64,000 nucleotides of DNA from Macrostomum hystrix (taxonomy: Eukaryota; Animalia; Platyhelminthes), in assembly GCA_950097015.1 (NCBI GenBank), contig CATNEN010000037.1:2418001-2482000 (forward strand). Direction: 5' to 3'. Both the position numbers and the translations under genes were made by a program. The notes under the pieces are model-generated. The model was given only the letters and a program-made list of their open reading frames with translations. It was not told the origin of the DNA and searched no databases. This document shows positions 48,676-62,518 of the stretch, piece after piece. How positions within the stretch are numbered: the stretch's first letter is position 1; each line of letters starts with the position of its first letter.

Positions 48676-49389
48676 TCGCATATCCTATGTCTCGTGTCTA
48701 GTCTATCCTTCTTCTATCGCCAGTCTTTTATTATTTTATCGTCTCTCTCGAGTCTACCATCTCCTCTCCGCACATTCTCCTATTCTTTTTTTCCTGTTCC
48801 ACCAGATCTGTTTAATCGCGCGCAATATCTGCTGCAATGTCGCACTTTGCAGACAAAGCAAAATCTGAAGGGGCAGCTATTTAAAATCTGCACTGGTCAG
48901 TGCAAACATTTGGGACGCAGAAAATTTTAGCTTACCAAAGGAAATGAGAAATCGGTGCTGCGCCTGTTGCAGAAGAGTTCATTTCCCAATCCTCCTAGAA
49001 AACACAAGCCAATGCGAATTTCAGGCAATGAACAAAAAACGGAAATTTTTCTGCCGGACCTGGGTGGGAGACGTCGGCTGAAAGATCAAATGCTATAAAA
49101 TCCGACAATAAATTATTCACATCCATTTACAAGTAAGCCGACCTGTTTGAGCTACAGCTCACTAACAACTTTTGATTGCACCGCTAATTTCACATTCCAT
49201 TCAATATTGAAACTTTTATGAAGTGGTAGAAAATCAAGCGAGAAAAGATTTGTTCACAGCTTGTAAAATAGGGCAAGCACGGGTTGCACTGCTCAAATCT
49301 ACGAGTATCTTCGATCAACATCTAGGATTACTACACTTTAATAACTAAAAAACTAGCAAAAAACCATAGAAAGTCATGATACAGAATGA

Positions 49390-49960
49390 CTAAGAGGAAG
49401 AGATGGAAGAGAGGGGAGAGATGAGAGAGGGGAGAGAGTGGAAAGAGAGGAGAGAGTGGAGAGAGTGGAGAGAGGGAGGGGAGGGGCGAGAGGAGAGAGG
49501 CGAGAGAGTGGAAAGAGGGGAGAGAGTAGAGAGAGTGGAGAGAGGGAGGGGAGGGGAGAGAGGGGAAAGAGGGCAGAGAGTGGAGAGAGTGGAGAGAGGG
49601 AGGAGAGGGGAGAGATGAGAGAGAGGAGAGAGGGAGGAGAGGGGAGAGAAGAGAGAGGGGAGAGAGGGAGGAGAGGGGAGAGAGGAGAGAGGGGAGAGAG
49701 TAGAGAGAGTGGAGAGAGGGAAGAGAGGGAAGAGAGGGAAGAGAGGGAAGAGAGGGAAGAGAAGAGAGAGAAGGGAGAGAGGAGAGAGGGGGAGAGATAG
49801 GAAGAGAAGAGAGAGAAGGGAGAGAGGAGAGAGGGGGAGAGATGGGAAGAGAAGAGAGAGAAGGGAGAGGGGAGAGAGGGGAGAGAGGGAAGAGAAGAGA
49901 GAGGAGAGAGGGAGGAGAGGGGAGAGGGAGAAAATAAGATAGAAGAGAAATGAGGCAGAG
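49390..49960. repeat. GA-rich low-complexity tract
   Basis: Directly visible. Confidence 0.9.
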
Positions 49961-50969
49961 AAACGAGGGTGGGTATGAAGGAATTGGTGAGAGGAGAAAG
50001 ATAAGGATCGAAGGGAAGAGAGTAGGGTAGTAGAGAGTAGTCAGAATAGTCTATGACAAAGGACGCAAAACAAAGAGAAAGTAGATGGTTAGAAAGAGCG
50101 CAGACACAGAGCAGACATGTCATGTCACAGAGAAGCTTGACTTTGCAACAGCCTGTCAACACGGAGCTTGTCAACCAAATCGACCAGCTGCAATTAGATA
50201 GGTTGGTCCGCATATCGCTGCTTACGATTAAGCCAATGAAGTCAAAGCCAACTGAAGACCCGTAATCAAACGCACCAGAGAGAACCGGACTATAGTGCTC
50301 AACAGATCTCATCAAAGATGAGGAGAAAAACATGGCCAAAAGAAGCTATTATTATATAGATCGGTTCAGTTAGATAATGACCTGCACAGTGCAAGACACA
50401 AAGACGATATGGGATCAAATCTACGATATAATGGAAAAAAGAAAGAACTCAACTGAGTAGAAAACTCAACAAGCTACGTTGATTAAGGCAAACACGAGAT
50501 GCTGGAGATGATAGTAATGACCGCATGGGCAACAACAAGAAATCGAACCAAAGATCTATCGAATTTGAAAAGCTTATCCACAAGGGTAAGAAGGACAGAT
50601 AAAAAGTTGGTGGACAGGGAGACAGTTGCCTGTTTGAGACAGGTCTGGTCTGGTCCACAGCTGCGCTAAAAGTTTAGTAATTAATTTAGACAAACGTTGG
50701 CATAGGCTGAAGTGAATGTTCTGTAAGGGGATTCCGCTAAACCCAGATAAGAATTAGCATCGTGGGACTGTTTGTTTATAGGAGTATTAGCCCGAGTCGG
50801 AGATGCAACAGTCAAAATTCTCTAATCAAGTAAGCTTGATTGCGCAACGCAGGGAGATGGCAATATTTTTCAGGGGATTTTTGGGGTCCCATCTGTCAGC
50901 TGCGACCACCGCATCACCCCATGTTGGTTTTGCTAAACATTCTCTGCAGTGGAAAGTTTCAATTCAGTA

Positions 50970-51125
50970 GGGCCAGATGTCAAGCCAGTGGCACAGCCGA
51001 AGCTATTGCGCGGCACTTCTAAAGGCTGTGTACAAATTTTCAGTCCATGGACTGGAGGAGACTGCCACACCTATCTTACAGATGTGTGAACCGAAGCACT
51101 AAGTTGTCAAGTGTCTTGTTTGGAG
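50970..51125 (-). mobile_element. SINE family B fragment (tail plus degenerate CORE)
   Basis: GCTATTGCGCGGCACTTCTAAAGGCTGTGTAC, TTCAGTCCATGGACTGG and AAGTGTCTTG are shared with the other B copies. Confidence 0.72.
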
Positions 51126-51144
51126 AAATTCCTTGTCTTAGACA

Positions 51145-53690
51145 GTGGTGTCTATTAAGATAACTCAGGGGTGTCCACTAAGATAACTCAGAGGTGTCTA
51201 TTAAGATAACTCAGAGGTGTCTGTTAAGATAACTCAGAGGTGTCTATTAAGATAACTCAGAGGTGTCTATTAAGATAACTCAGGGGTGTCCACTAAGATA
51301 ACTCAGAGGTGTCTATTAAGATAACTCAGAGGTGTCTATTAAGATAACTCAGAGGTGTCTATTAAGATAACTCAGAGGTGTCTATTAAGATAACTCAGAG
51401 GTGTCTATTAAGATAACTCAGAGGTGTCTATTAAGATAACTCAGAGGTGTCTATTAAGATAACTCAGAGGTGTCTGTTAAGATAACTCAGAGGTGTCTGT
51501 TAAGATAACTCAGAGGTGTCTATTAAGATAACTCAGGGGTGTCCACTAAGATAACTCAGAGGTGTCTATTAAGATAACTCAGGGGTGTCCACTAAGATAA
51601 CTCAGAGGTGTCTATTAAGATAACTCAGAGGTGTCTGTTAAGATAACTCAGAGGTGTCTATTAAGATAACTCAGAGGTTAAGATAACTCAGAGGTGTCTG
51701 TTAAGATAACTCAGAGGTGTCTGTTAAGATAACTCAGAGGTGTCTGTTAAGATAACTCAGAGGTGTCTGTTAAGATAACTCAGAGGTGTCTATTAAGATA
51801 ACTCAGAGGTGTCTGTTAAGATAACTCAGAGGTGTCTATTAAGATAACTCAGAGGTGTCTATTAAGATAACTCAGGGGTGTCCACTAAGATAACTCAGAG
51901 GTGTCTATTAAGATAACTCAGAGGTGTCTATTAAGATAACTCAGAGGTGTCTATTAAGATAACTCAGAGGTGTCTATTAAGATAACTCAGAGGTGTCTGT
52001 TAAGATAACTCAGAGGTGTCTATTAAGATAACTCAGAGGTGTCTATTAAGATAACTCAGAGGTGTCTGTTAAGATAACTCAGAGGTGTCTATTAAGATAA
52101 CTCAGAGGTGTCTGTTAAGATAACTCAGAGGTGTCTGTTAAGATAACTCAGAGGTGTCTATTAAGATAACTCAGAGGTGTCTATTAAGATAACTCAGAGG
52201 TGTCTATTAAGATAACTCAGAGGTGTCTGTTAAGATAACTCAGAGGTGTCTATTAAGATAACTCAGAGGTGTCCACTAAGATAATTCAGGGGTGTTTTCT
52301 TAAGATAACTCAGGGGTGTCTATTAAGATAACTCAGAGGTGTCTATTAAGATAACTCAGAGGTGTCCACTAAGATAACTCAGAGGTGTCTATTAAGATAA
52401 CTCAGAGGTGTCCACTAAGATAATTCAGGGGTGTCTATTAAGATAACTCAGAGGTGTCTATTAAGATAACTCAGAGGTGTCCACTAAGATAACTCAGAGG
52501 TGTCCACTAAGATAACTCAGAGGTGTCTATTAAGATAACTCAGAGGTGTCTGTTAAGATAACTCAGAGGTGTCTGTTAAGATAACTCAGAGGTGTCTATT
52601 AAGATAACTCAGAGGTGTCTGTTAAGATAACTCAGAGGTGTCTATTAAGATAACTCAGAGGTGTCTATTAAGATAACTCAGAGGTGTCTATTAAGATAAC
52701 TCAGAGGTGTCTGTTAAGATAACTCAGAGGTGTCTATTAAGATAACTCAGAGGTGTCTGTTAAGATGACTCAGAGGTGTCTATTAAGATAACTCAGAGGT
52801 GTCTATTAAGATAACTCAGAGGTGTCTGTTAAGATGACTCAGAGGTGTCTATAAAGATAACTCAGAGGTGTCTGTTAAGATAACTCAGAGGTGTCCACTA
52901 AGATAACTCAGAGGTGTCCACTAAGATAACTCAGAGGTGTCCACTAAGATAACTCAGAGGTGTCCACTAAGATAACTCAGAGGTGTCCACTAAGATAACT
53001 CAGAGGTGTCTATTAAGATAACTCAGAGGTGTCTATTAAGATAACTCAGAGGTGTCCACTAAGATAACTCAGAGGTGTCCACTAAGATAACTCAGAGGTG
53101 TCTATTAAGATAACTCAGAGGTGTCTATTAAGATAACTCAGAGGTGTCCACTAAGATAACTCAGAGGTGTCCACTAAGATAACTCAGAGGTGTCCACTAA
53201 GATAACTCAGAGGTGTCCACTAAGATAACTCAGAGGTGTCCACTAAGATAACTCAGAGGTGTCCACTAAGATAACTCAGAGGTGTCCACTAAGATAACTC
53301 AGAGGTGTCCACTAAGATAACTCAGAGGTGTCCACTAAGATAACTCAGAGGTGTCCACTAAGATAACTCAGAGGTGTCCACTAAGATAACTCAGAGGTGT
53401 CCACTAAGATAATTCAGGGGTGTCTATTAAGATAACTCAGAGGTGTCCACTAAGATAACTCAGAGGTGTCCACTAAGATAACTCAGAGGTGTCTATTAAG
53501 ATAACTCAGAGGTGTCCACTAAGATAACTCAGAGGTGTCCACTAAGATAACTCAGAGGTGTCTATTAAGATAACTCAGAGGTGTCCACTAAGATAACTCA
53601 GAGGTGTCCACTAAGATAACTCAGAGGTGTCCACTAAGATAACTCAGAGTTATCTACTGAGATGTCCAGATGTAACTCAGAAGTGTCCAC
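51145..53690. repeat. 23-bp minisatellite (TAAGATAACTCAGAGGTGTCTAT)n, about 110 copies, with CTAT/CTGT/CCAC variants
   Basis: Directly visible; the CCAC variant dominates the 3' third. Confidence 0.98.
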
Positions 53691-54926
53691 TGGGAATGGA
53701 ACTGGTAACGAAGTGTCTCGCTTAAGGACACAGTTTTTCCCTTGGGATGAGTTCGAACTCTCGACCTTTTTATCCCTTTAGTCAAACGCGGCCCTTAATT
53801 ATATTCGCATAGGAAAATTTGAAAGTTAGTTCTCAACTGATGCTCGAGACTTGCCGATAAGGTTGCAGTTAGGTCAAGTCCTGGTGATTGAGGACACAGA
53901 CATCAACTCTGGATTGATGAATCTGAAAGTGTTGATGTTAAACTAGTCTGAGAGGAAATAAAATCAAAATCGTACAATCGAGTACAAAATGAGATCTGAT
54001 CAAGGCCATGGCTTTGCAAATAGGGATTAGGGAGAAGCGGGACGGATTAACTCAGAAATCGGCAGGTTTTGCTTAGGGATTCTAGATAGAGAGAACGAGT
54101 TGCGGTTGTTGGCTTCTACAGCTTCCGGGATACTTATCCTCTCGGCCCCGCGCCTATAACGATCGCGGCTGACTATATGACACAGAACAGTGGCAATGAA
54201 TTGGCCAATTTATAATTCATTTTCATAACAGACGCTGATTTTCAGTTTTTCATGCCTGCCTGTTCCGGAAGCGGGTCTGTGCAACAATTATATAAAAAAA
54301 TCTCCCATAAAAATTACTCCCAATTTTCCCCTCAACAAGCCGGGTAGAAGAGGAGAGAGCAATTTACTGCAGCTGAAATCGTCTAGTTAGCTAGCTAGTC
54401 CATGTTTTGCTTCCTCTAAAAATAAGCACTGAAAGCGTTGCTGAAGCTAGCTGATTGAATTCCATATACCTGCCATTGGCTGTGTGTTTGTCCGCACAGC
54501 TGATACACTAAATGCTGAGAAAGGAATGCAACAGGGTTAGGAATAAAACTGAAAGAAGAAAGGTGTGAATTTCATTAGGACTAGAGTAAAAATTCTCCCT
54601 GAAACTGACTCCTCAAGACAGAATTTGCCGCTGCGCGCGAGTTGTTGTGTCTCGTATTAGTTGAGTAGTTGGACTCAATAGTGAGTCGGTCTCATTCAAT
54701 TGTTTTGTTTTATTGCATGTGCAAGTAGAAAAAGAATTAATTATAAAGTATAATTCTCACTTTTAGCTATTAGTTAATATTTTTTCAGTCGTACTGCAAT
54801 GAAATGCTAAATTGAGATGAAATCACTTTATCGATTGTCATAAAATTTGTCACTTACGAGGGTCAAGATTGTTCATTGTCGATTGTTCACCGCTAACAGA
54901 TCTTCAGCATTCTGCTCATCGACGAG

Positions 54927-55796
54927 ATGCTGACGTTCAGCCAGCTTCTCGCCTTGCTGACGGCCCTGGCAGCGGTCCGATACCCGCAGCCCATCGTCGC
55001 CCTGTACACCTTCGAGCACTCGATCGCTATCTCGGAGGAGACTCCGCCACAGTCTCTGGGCAATGTGGCAACTCTGGGCAACCTGTCCAGGCACCTGACC
55101 GTCACAGGGCCGCTGGCCTACACCCTGGAGATGCACGACAACTTCGTGGCAGTCGACCCGACCAGCGGCGACCTCCGGCTGAAGGCGCCCATCGACCTGG
55201 AGTCGATCTGCCGGTCGTCAGCGAAGTGTCCCCAGGGTGGCCGGCACGCCTTCTCGGTGGTTGTGCGCGAGCTTCAGCCAGCCGGTCAGCCAGCGGGGCC
55301 GCAGTCGCAGGGCCTCCGAGTGGCGCGGGCCAGGTTCAACCTTCTGATTCGCGACGTGAACGATCACTCGCCGAGATTCCAGTCAACCTACGAGGAGATT
55401 CAACGGGACGAGTCCGTCTGCGTGGTGGTGGAAGTGGCCTGTCCGAACCCGCGCATCGGCCTGCCAATCGCCAAGGACGAAGACTTCTCACCCGAGCTGA
55501 GCAGAGTCGCCTACACCATCGACCCGGCTAGCGCCAGCGCGGAGACCCTCGAGACCTTCAGGCTGAAGGTGGACGAGTTCGGCAATCCCTACCTGCTGAT
55601 TCGGAAGGGCCTTGACGCGGAGCGCCGGCAGAGCTACCAGTTCGACCTGGTGGCGCAGGACGGCCACGCCAAGCAAGGCCGCATCACGGTGCGCATCGTC
55701 ATCAAGGACGTCAATGACAATAGTCCCAAGTTCGAGGCAAAGCACACTTCGTTGCGAGTGTCCGAGGACAAACCAAAGGGATTCGTCATTACGAAG
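54927..55796 (+). CDS. Protocadherin, first coding exon (signal peptide, EC1, EC2, start of EC3)
   Basis: Hydrophobic leader MLTFSQLLALLTALAA; EC1 IDLESICRSSAKC disulfide motif; DVNDHSPRF and DVNDNSPKF linkers; donor GTGAGA at 55797, phase 0. Confidence 0.93.
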
Positions 55797-55899
55797 GTGA
55801 GAAACTTACCTGTCCCCTTTGTCTGTGACTTTAGGTTTTATCTTTTGGTGGCGAAGACACTCGAGACCTTCTTCTTCGTTTAAAGGAAGTTGTAACCGT

Positions 55900-56060
55900 G
55901 TGTGTCGGACTTACGACTTGAAGGTCGGGGGTTCGATTCCCGACTCCACTAAAACAATTTGTGTTCTTTAACAAAAAACTTTACTCTGTATTGCTTCATT
56001 TCACTCAGCTGTTAAACAGCTACCAGCATTATCTGGGGTAATTGAGGCTGTGGCGTCCGG
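55900..56060 (+). mobile_element. SINE family B copy (degenerate) in the protocadherin intron
   Basis: GGGGTTCGATTCCCGAC B-box, then TTGCTTCATTTCACTCAGCTGTTAAA and CCAGCATTATCTGGGGTA. Confidence 0.7.
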
Positions 56061-56811
56061 CCCAGTCTGGAGTAGCTACTACTGCAACAATAACAGCAAC
56101 GTCGATGAATAGAGAGTGCGCAAGGCAGCGCTGATCAGGTTGTGTGGGCCGGCGGAATTGTGGGATGATGCCGTCTTCTTCATCTGGCGAATGCTGGTGC
56201 CGGGAGCTGCTCACAACACAGTGACTCAACGTGCAGTGGGAGGGAGCAGAAACAGCGAATGCATGATTAATAAGCCCTACCCGGCAGAGGGCTGCAAAAA
56301 ATGGCAGAACTGTTGGGGGGGCCTCCAAAACAGCATGCAGCCACACACAAACCCGGCTTATCTTGGCTGCTAATCATCATCTCTGCAATGCCATTCTGGA
56401 GCTAGTCTGGCACGCTGCTCATTAGGCTGCTGCTGCTGCTTCTAGAATCCCTAGATCCTTGCCTTATGCCAAATAATGAATTGCTTTGCGTTTTTTTATA
56501 CATGGCTTTGAATTATATTTTTTCGAATTCGGTTGTATAAAATCCAGCGAGACCCGCTAGAAGGTCGAAGGGAATTTTCGTCACACCATCTTCTCCCTTC
56601 TTAAATGGAGTGCTGTCTCTTTATTAGACTCGCCTTGTTCTACTATCACCTGGTAAATATGCAACCAAAGCTGCCAGCCTGCAAACTGGTTGGCTGCTAA
56701 TTCATTATCCAACTTCTTCTGGGAGTGTGCGTGAGAGCGAGTACTGAAAATTGTAAAACGTGTCTTATTATGACCCCAAAATCACTATTGGTCTACATCC
56801 ATCATGGTTAA

Positions 56812-57555
56812 AGACTACAGACTACAGACTACAGGCTACAGGCGACAGGCTACAGACTATAGGCGACAGGCTACAGACTATAGGCGACAGGCTACAGACT
56901 ATAGGCTACAGACTACAGACTACAGACTACAGGCGACAGGCTACAGACTATAGGCGACAGGCTACAGACTATAGGCTACAGAATAAAGACTACAGACTAC
57001 AGGCTACAGGCTACAGGCTACAGAACACACAGGTTACAGGCTACAGTCTACAGGTTACAGGCTACAGAACACACAGGTTACAGGTTACAGGCTACAGACT
57101 ACAGGCTACAGGTTACAGACTACAGACTACAGGCTACAGACTACAGACTACAGGCTACACACTATAGGCTACAGACAAGAGATTACAGGCTACAGACTAC
57201 AGGTTACAGGCTACAGACTACAGGTTACAGGCTACAGACTACAGGTTACAGGCTACAGACTACAGGTTACAGGCTACAGACTACAGGTTACAGGCTACAG
57301 ACTACAGGTTACAGGCTACAGACAACAGGTTACAGGCTACAGGCTACAGAACACACAGGTTACAGGCTACAGGCTACAGGCTACAGACTACAGGCTACAG
57401 GCTACAGGCAACAGACTATAGAATACAGGCTACAGGCTACAGACTACAGACTACAGACTACAGGCTACAGACTACAGGTTACAGGCTACAGGCTACAGAA
57501 CACACAGGTTACAGGCTACAGGCTACAGAACACAGGTTACAGGCTACAGGCTACA
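56812..57555. repeat. Intronic 7-bp-based repeat (ACAGGCT/ACAGACT/ACAGGTT)
   Basis: Directly visible. Confidence 0.95.
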
Positions 57556-59373
57556 CTCATGCCTTGCGCTTAACATTCGCAGCCAATTTTTTGTGTTCTC
57601 TGGCTCAAAAAGACACTCCCCTGCCCCCTATTTCCCTGAGGCTCTTTTTTAGGCAGCGATGTAGCAAAGCAGCTACAGTGCTCACACTTTCTCACTCACA
57701 AATCGCGCGCACAACTTGTGGCGGCGAGTCGAGTTGGGTGTCTCGGAAGAGAAAAAAATGAACTCGCAGCTTGGGCCAAGTTGAGTCCCACTTCTCAAAG
57801 CTTGGAGTGCTTAGAGTGGCTCATCCCACCGCCCTGTACTGATCCCTGTTCCACTTCAGCCAAGTGGCCTCCAAGCGATGGAGGACACGCCGCCCGAAAT
57901 CCTAATGGGATAAACGGCTAGGGATTTGAATCACTCTGCTCAAGTCTCCTGATAGTCTAGTTTACACATTCTCTTCGATTTTCTGAACTCCAACAATGGA
58001 AAACAGTGAAGCCTGATTTCTTCTTTGAATTCCGGAATTCTGCTCTCATTACAATGATTTAATCTCCAAGAGGAAATGCACAATTGATCCACAAAGGATG
58101 GCCACCTTGACCTGGGCAAAGTGTGCGACTTTCAAAATTGGACATTGCTAAAAGGATTATTTTTTTATTCCAAGGAGTGCTGGAGAATTTTCTTAACAAC
58201 CGGAAGCTGCGGGACCGGGCTTGACTTTAATTGTATTTTAAAATAAGCTTGAAAAATTAGGGGAAATTAGTAATGGGAATGAGAGGCCAGGATTAGGGGC
58301 CATCAGCTATGCTTCTCTGGATTGAATGCCTCATAATTCTTTTTGTCCCTAATGGGGGAATGCCTGAGGGGACTATGTTAATCTGAATGGGATGGGGAGG
58401 AGAAATGAGCCCAAGTCGATGGGGAGTCAGCGAAGGGAGGTTAATCAGAGACTAAATCACAGGGCCACCCTAACAACACACTTTTACGAGGCCTGTAGGA
58501 ACATCAGGCGGGACAGCTGGCTCAGGTCTGCTAAAATACCGCATAAAAATATTGTCAATGACTTTATTCCATAGATAAATTTGAATATTAAAGTACTTTA
58601 CTTGTGTGCTGTTTTATTTGATTCCAAGCCATAGCTTAGGGCTATGTGACCCTGTGGGGTGATAAGACCAGAAACTAAAAAGCCATGCGACCTAAGGGGC
58701 ATCTTCCGAAATATAGGATGAAACTTGGGTTATAAAAATATTGAGGAATATACTTTTGTAGTCTTCCCTCTGCTCCTTTTCTGAGAAATATTCCCATCCA
58801 CCACTTTTACGATCACCTTCTGCTCCCTTCTCGCCGATAGTCTCAACAGAGCCGGTGAGACATCGCTGGGACTCGGTCTCTGAGGAGAGGCAACTCCTAG
58901 AAGAAGATTTTCTTTTATCATCACCGAGGAAAGCCGAGTTTAACTAGACGGGATTCGACAAGTTGACGGACAGGGAGTTTCTTGGGAGCGAAGTCTGGAA
59001 AAAATACCTACCACTATTAACTATGCATACGTAATCCTTTGCGCTGAAAGCCACTACATTTCAAGGCCCACATCATTGTTTTGTTCAAGACCCCTATAGC
59101 CTGTTCCCCTCCACGCAATGTCCATGTTTTCCCAACCCCAGTCCTGACAGACACAGAGTGTAATTGCTTGTGCAGTGTTCCCAAAATTAAAATTCCTGCT
59201 TTGCATGGGTTGTGCTTTTAGAAGATATAAAAGTTCGAGGCATAATATTCATCGATTTAAATTTAAACCCATTTTCATTGCATATTTTAATTTCTTATCA
59301 AATTCGTTTTCTATCTGATAGCAAATAGATTTGAATCCTGTCACCTATTTGCGTGGCAGGTGACAGATATTTA

Positions 59374-59699
59374 GGATCGGTGTGTCACCTGTTTAGGTGT
59401 CAGTTCACTGATAATTACGATCGGTGTGTCACCTGTTTAGGTGTCAGTTCACTGATAATTAGGATCGGTGTGTCACCTGTTTAGGTGTCAGTTCACTGAT
59501 AATTAGGATCGGTGTGTCACCTGTTTAGGTGTCAGTTCACTGATAATTAGGATCGGTGTGTCACCTGTTTAGGTATCAGGTCACTGATAATTAGGATTGG
59601 TGTGTCACCTGTTTAGGTATCAGGTCACTGATAATTAGGATCGGTGTGTCACCTGTTTAGGTGTCAGGTCACTGATAATTAGGATCGGTGTGTCACCTG
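59374..59699. repeat. Intronic 44-bp tandem repeat, about 7 copies
   Basis: Unit GATCGGTGTGTCACCTGTTTAGGTGTCAGTTCACTGATAATTAG. Confidence 0.95.
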
Positions 59700-60974
59700 G
59701 TATAGATTAGAAAGATCAGTATGCGAAAGCCACTATTAAGTGAAATGCGGACCTAATATGGAAGTATACCAAGCATAGCTGTCTCTATACTTGATTGCTA
59801 AAAGTGCAATCATTTATGAAAACAGAATGAGACAGAAAATCGGTACGTCCTGTTACTTTCATTCCTAGGCTGTCACCAAATTTGTTAAACAGTTTAGAGC
59901 GCACAAAAACCAGATTTCAATATTTGCATAGCGGTCAGTGGTTCGGGCCACTGGCTGAGAGCGTGTCTGCTCAAACAGTAGCATTTGATCAGCTGATCAG
60001 CCGCCACCGCGTCAGTTGTCTGCAGTCATTTTCAATTGACAGATTAGAAACAGCTTTAAATTTCGTTTCGCCATATTGGTAAATTGTCACAGTTGTCTCA
60101 GGAGGAAAAGTGACACCTACCAAATGACATAATCACTGTTTGGTAATTAACAATGAGGAAATTAAGAGGCAATATAATATTCCATTTATCCCCTCAGGCA
60201 GTGATGGGATATCGGAAACCCGTTGACCTTGTCACCTCTCCCAGATTCATTAAAGCTTCATTACCGTTTTTTGCTGTGTTTGCTTCACCTCCATTTTCTT
60301 TTAGAGGTGAAAAAATAGGAAGTTTAATCAGTGGTTTGTTAATTTGCAATCTTCGTCAGACTAATAGGAGAATATCCTTCACCCCCAGGGGAGAGAATTT
60401 GAAGGCACCAGAAGCCACTGCTGACCAGGGATAGAGGGGAATAGGAAATGAGGTTTGGTTTGGGGATCTGATCTGCTATCGGTCCTTCATCACCGATGCC
60501 GTGCAGTGCTGAGCAGTTCTGTTTCCCACCCCAACCCCACCGAGTCCCATAGGCAGTTTTCTCAATCGCCACTTACTCAGCGGATCGCTCAGAACCTTAA
60601 ATAGGCCGACTCCCCGCGGGAGGCAAGGTGGTTGGGGGTGGAGCTGCGTTGCCTGGATGGGGGATAAGATAATTAAGACCGCTAAATTTTCTAGCGGGGC
60701 AGGAATTTTTGAGAAGCCGTGGAAATGATCTGGCGCGTCGGGGATGAGGAGGGACGGAGTCTGGACTGGCATGCGAAACTGGGCTTATTCAGAATAAGAA
60801 TTGCCTCCGTTTGTGGAATTGTTAATTTACTATTTTTTCATCTCATTCTGACCGGAATCTCAAACAGACACCTTGCGTGAGCTGGTAAAATGGTGACCCT
60901 GACCGCAATGGCTTGAAATACAAACTATGATCTGATTAGTAGGTTTGAAAGGCTTGAAACAAACGCCTACAGGG

Positions 60975-61800
60975 CAGATGATGTAGGGAGAGTATGAGAT
61001 GTAGGGAGAGTATGAGATGGATGAAGAGAGTAGGAGATGTAGGGAGAGAGTAGGAGATGTAGGGAGAGAGTAGGAGATGTAGGGAGAGAGTAGGAGATGT
61101 AGGGAGAGAGTAGGAGATGTAGGGAGAGAGTAGGAGATGTAGGGAGAGAGTAGGAGATGTAGGGAGAGAGAAGGAGATGTAGGGAGAGAGTAGGGGATAA
61201 AGGGAGTGAGTAGGGGATAAAGGGAGAGAGTAAGGGATAAAGGGAGAGAGTAGGGGATAAAGGGAGAGAGTAGGGGATAAAGGGAGAGAGTAAGGGATAA
61301 AGGGAGAGAGTAAGGGATAAAGGGAGAAAGTAGGGGATAAAGGGAGAGAGTAAAGGATAAAGGGAGAGAGTAGGGGATAAAGGGAGTGAGTAGGGGATAA
61401 AGGGAGAGAGTAGGGGATAAAGGGAGAGAGTAAGGGATAAAGGGAGAGAGTAAGGGATAAAGGGAGAAAGTAGGGGATAAAGGGAGAGAGTAAAGGATAA
61501 AGGGAGAGAGTAGGGGATAAAGGGAGTGAGTAGGGGATAAAGGGAGAGAGTAGGGGATAAAGGGAGAGAGTAGGGGATAAAGGAAGAGAGTAAGGGATAA
61601 AGGGAGAGAGTAGGGGATAAAGGGAGAGAGTAGGGGATAAAGGGAGAGAGTAAGGGATAAAGGGAGAGAGTAAGGGATAAAGGGAGAAAGTAGGGGATAA
61701 AGGGAGAGAGTAAAGGATAAAGGGAGAGAGTAGGGGATAAAGGGAGTGAGTAGGGGATAAAGGGAGAGAGTATGGGATAAAGGGAGAAAGGGAGAAAGGG
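60975..61800. repeat. Intronic 20-bp purine-rich repeat (GTAGGGAGAGAGTAGGAGAT grading to AAGGGAGAGAGTAGGGGATA)
   Basis: Directly visible, in two sub-arrays. Confidence 0.95.
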
Positions 61801-62518
61801 ATAAAGGAGGGAAGAAAAAATCCAGTTAAAAAAGTTAAAAGCTACGAAGAATGGCAAATCAGATTAAAAAATGGAAAAAGAGTGCCGCCGCCTTGATGCC
61901 GCAGCATTTTCAACAAGTAGCAGGGCATACACACCCCCACACACACTCACTTGCATCCGCGCACAACTTACACGCTCAATGAGCCTGAGAACAGAGTTGC
62001 GTAACAGCCGCATGGGACCAGCTGCGCGGCGGCGGCGGAGGCGGCAAGAAGCCCCGCATAGTAAATAAAGCGCCGAGGCCCTCTGGGAGTTGCGGTCGGG
62101 ATGGGCCGCTAACAAACTCGATATGGAAAGGAGGAGATGACAGCGCGATACGCCAGCGGGCCGTGGCAGCCTGCATGCAAATGAGACACGGACAGTTAGG
62201 CTTTGGGAGTCTGAGATGCATTGGCTGGGGAGTAAGTGTGAAATTCTACTTGTGGAGCACAGGGCTGACAGCTGATCAGCCAGTGATACTCGTTAATTTT
62301 ATTGAGAAAATTCACATAATCTTATAATTGGATTCTTTGCGAATAGAGTGTAGAAAATAAAAATGAATCCATATCTGTACTTGCCTGGATGAAATTCTCT
62401 TTTTTACAAATGGGTACCAGCCGCGCCAGTCCATGGACCGAACAACTGTACACAGCTGCATTTGGGTGTAAATTAGAATTTAAATTAAATTCATCTCCCC
62501 TGTCTAACACCTCAACAG

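Noticed and set aside
58700-58960. Possible transposase remnant (KWWMGIF, piggyBac-like) on the minus strand
   Set aside because: There are multiple stops and only one weak motif, so it is not supportable.
60476-60772. LPMGLGGVG motif resembling the RT C-terminal LPxxxGGLG of some LINEs (similar GGLG at about 46040-46090)
   Set aside because: It is a single short motif with no flanking RT motifs recognisable by eye; a profile search would be needed.
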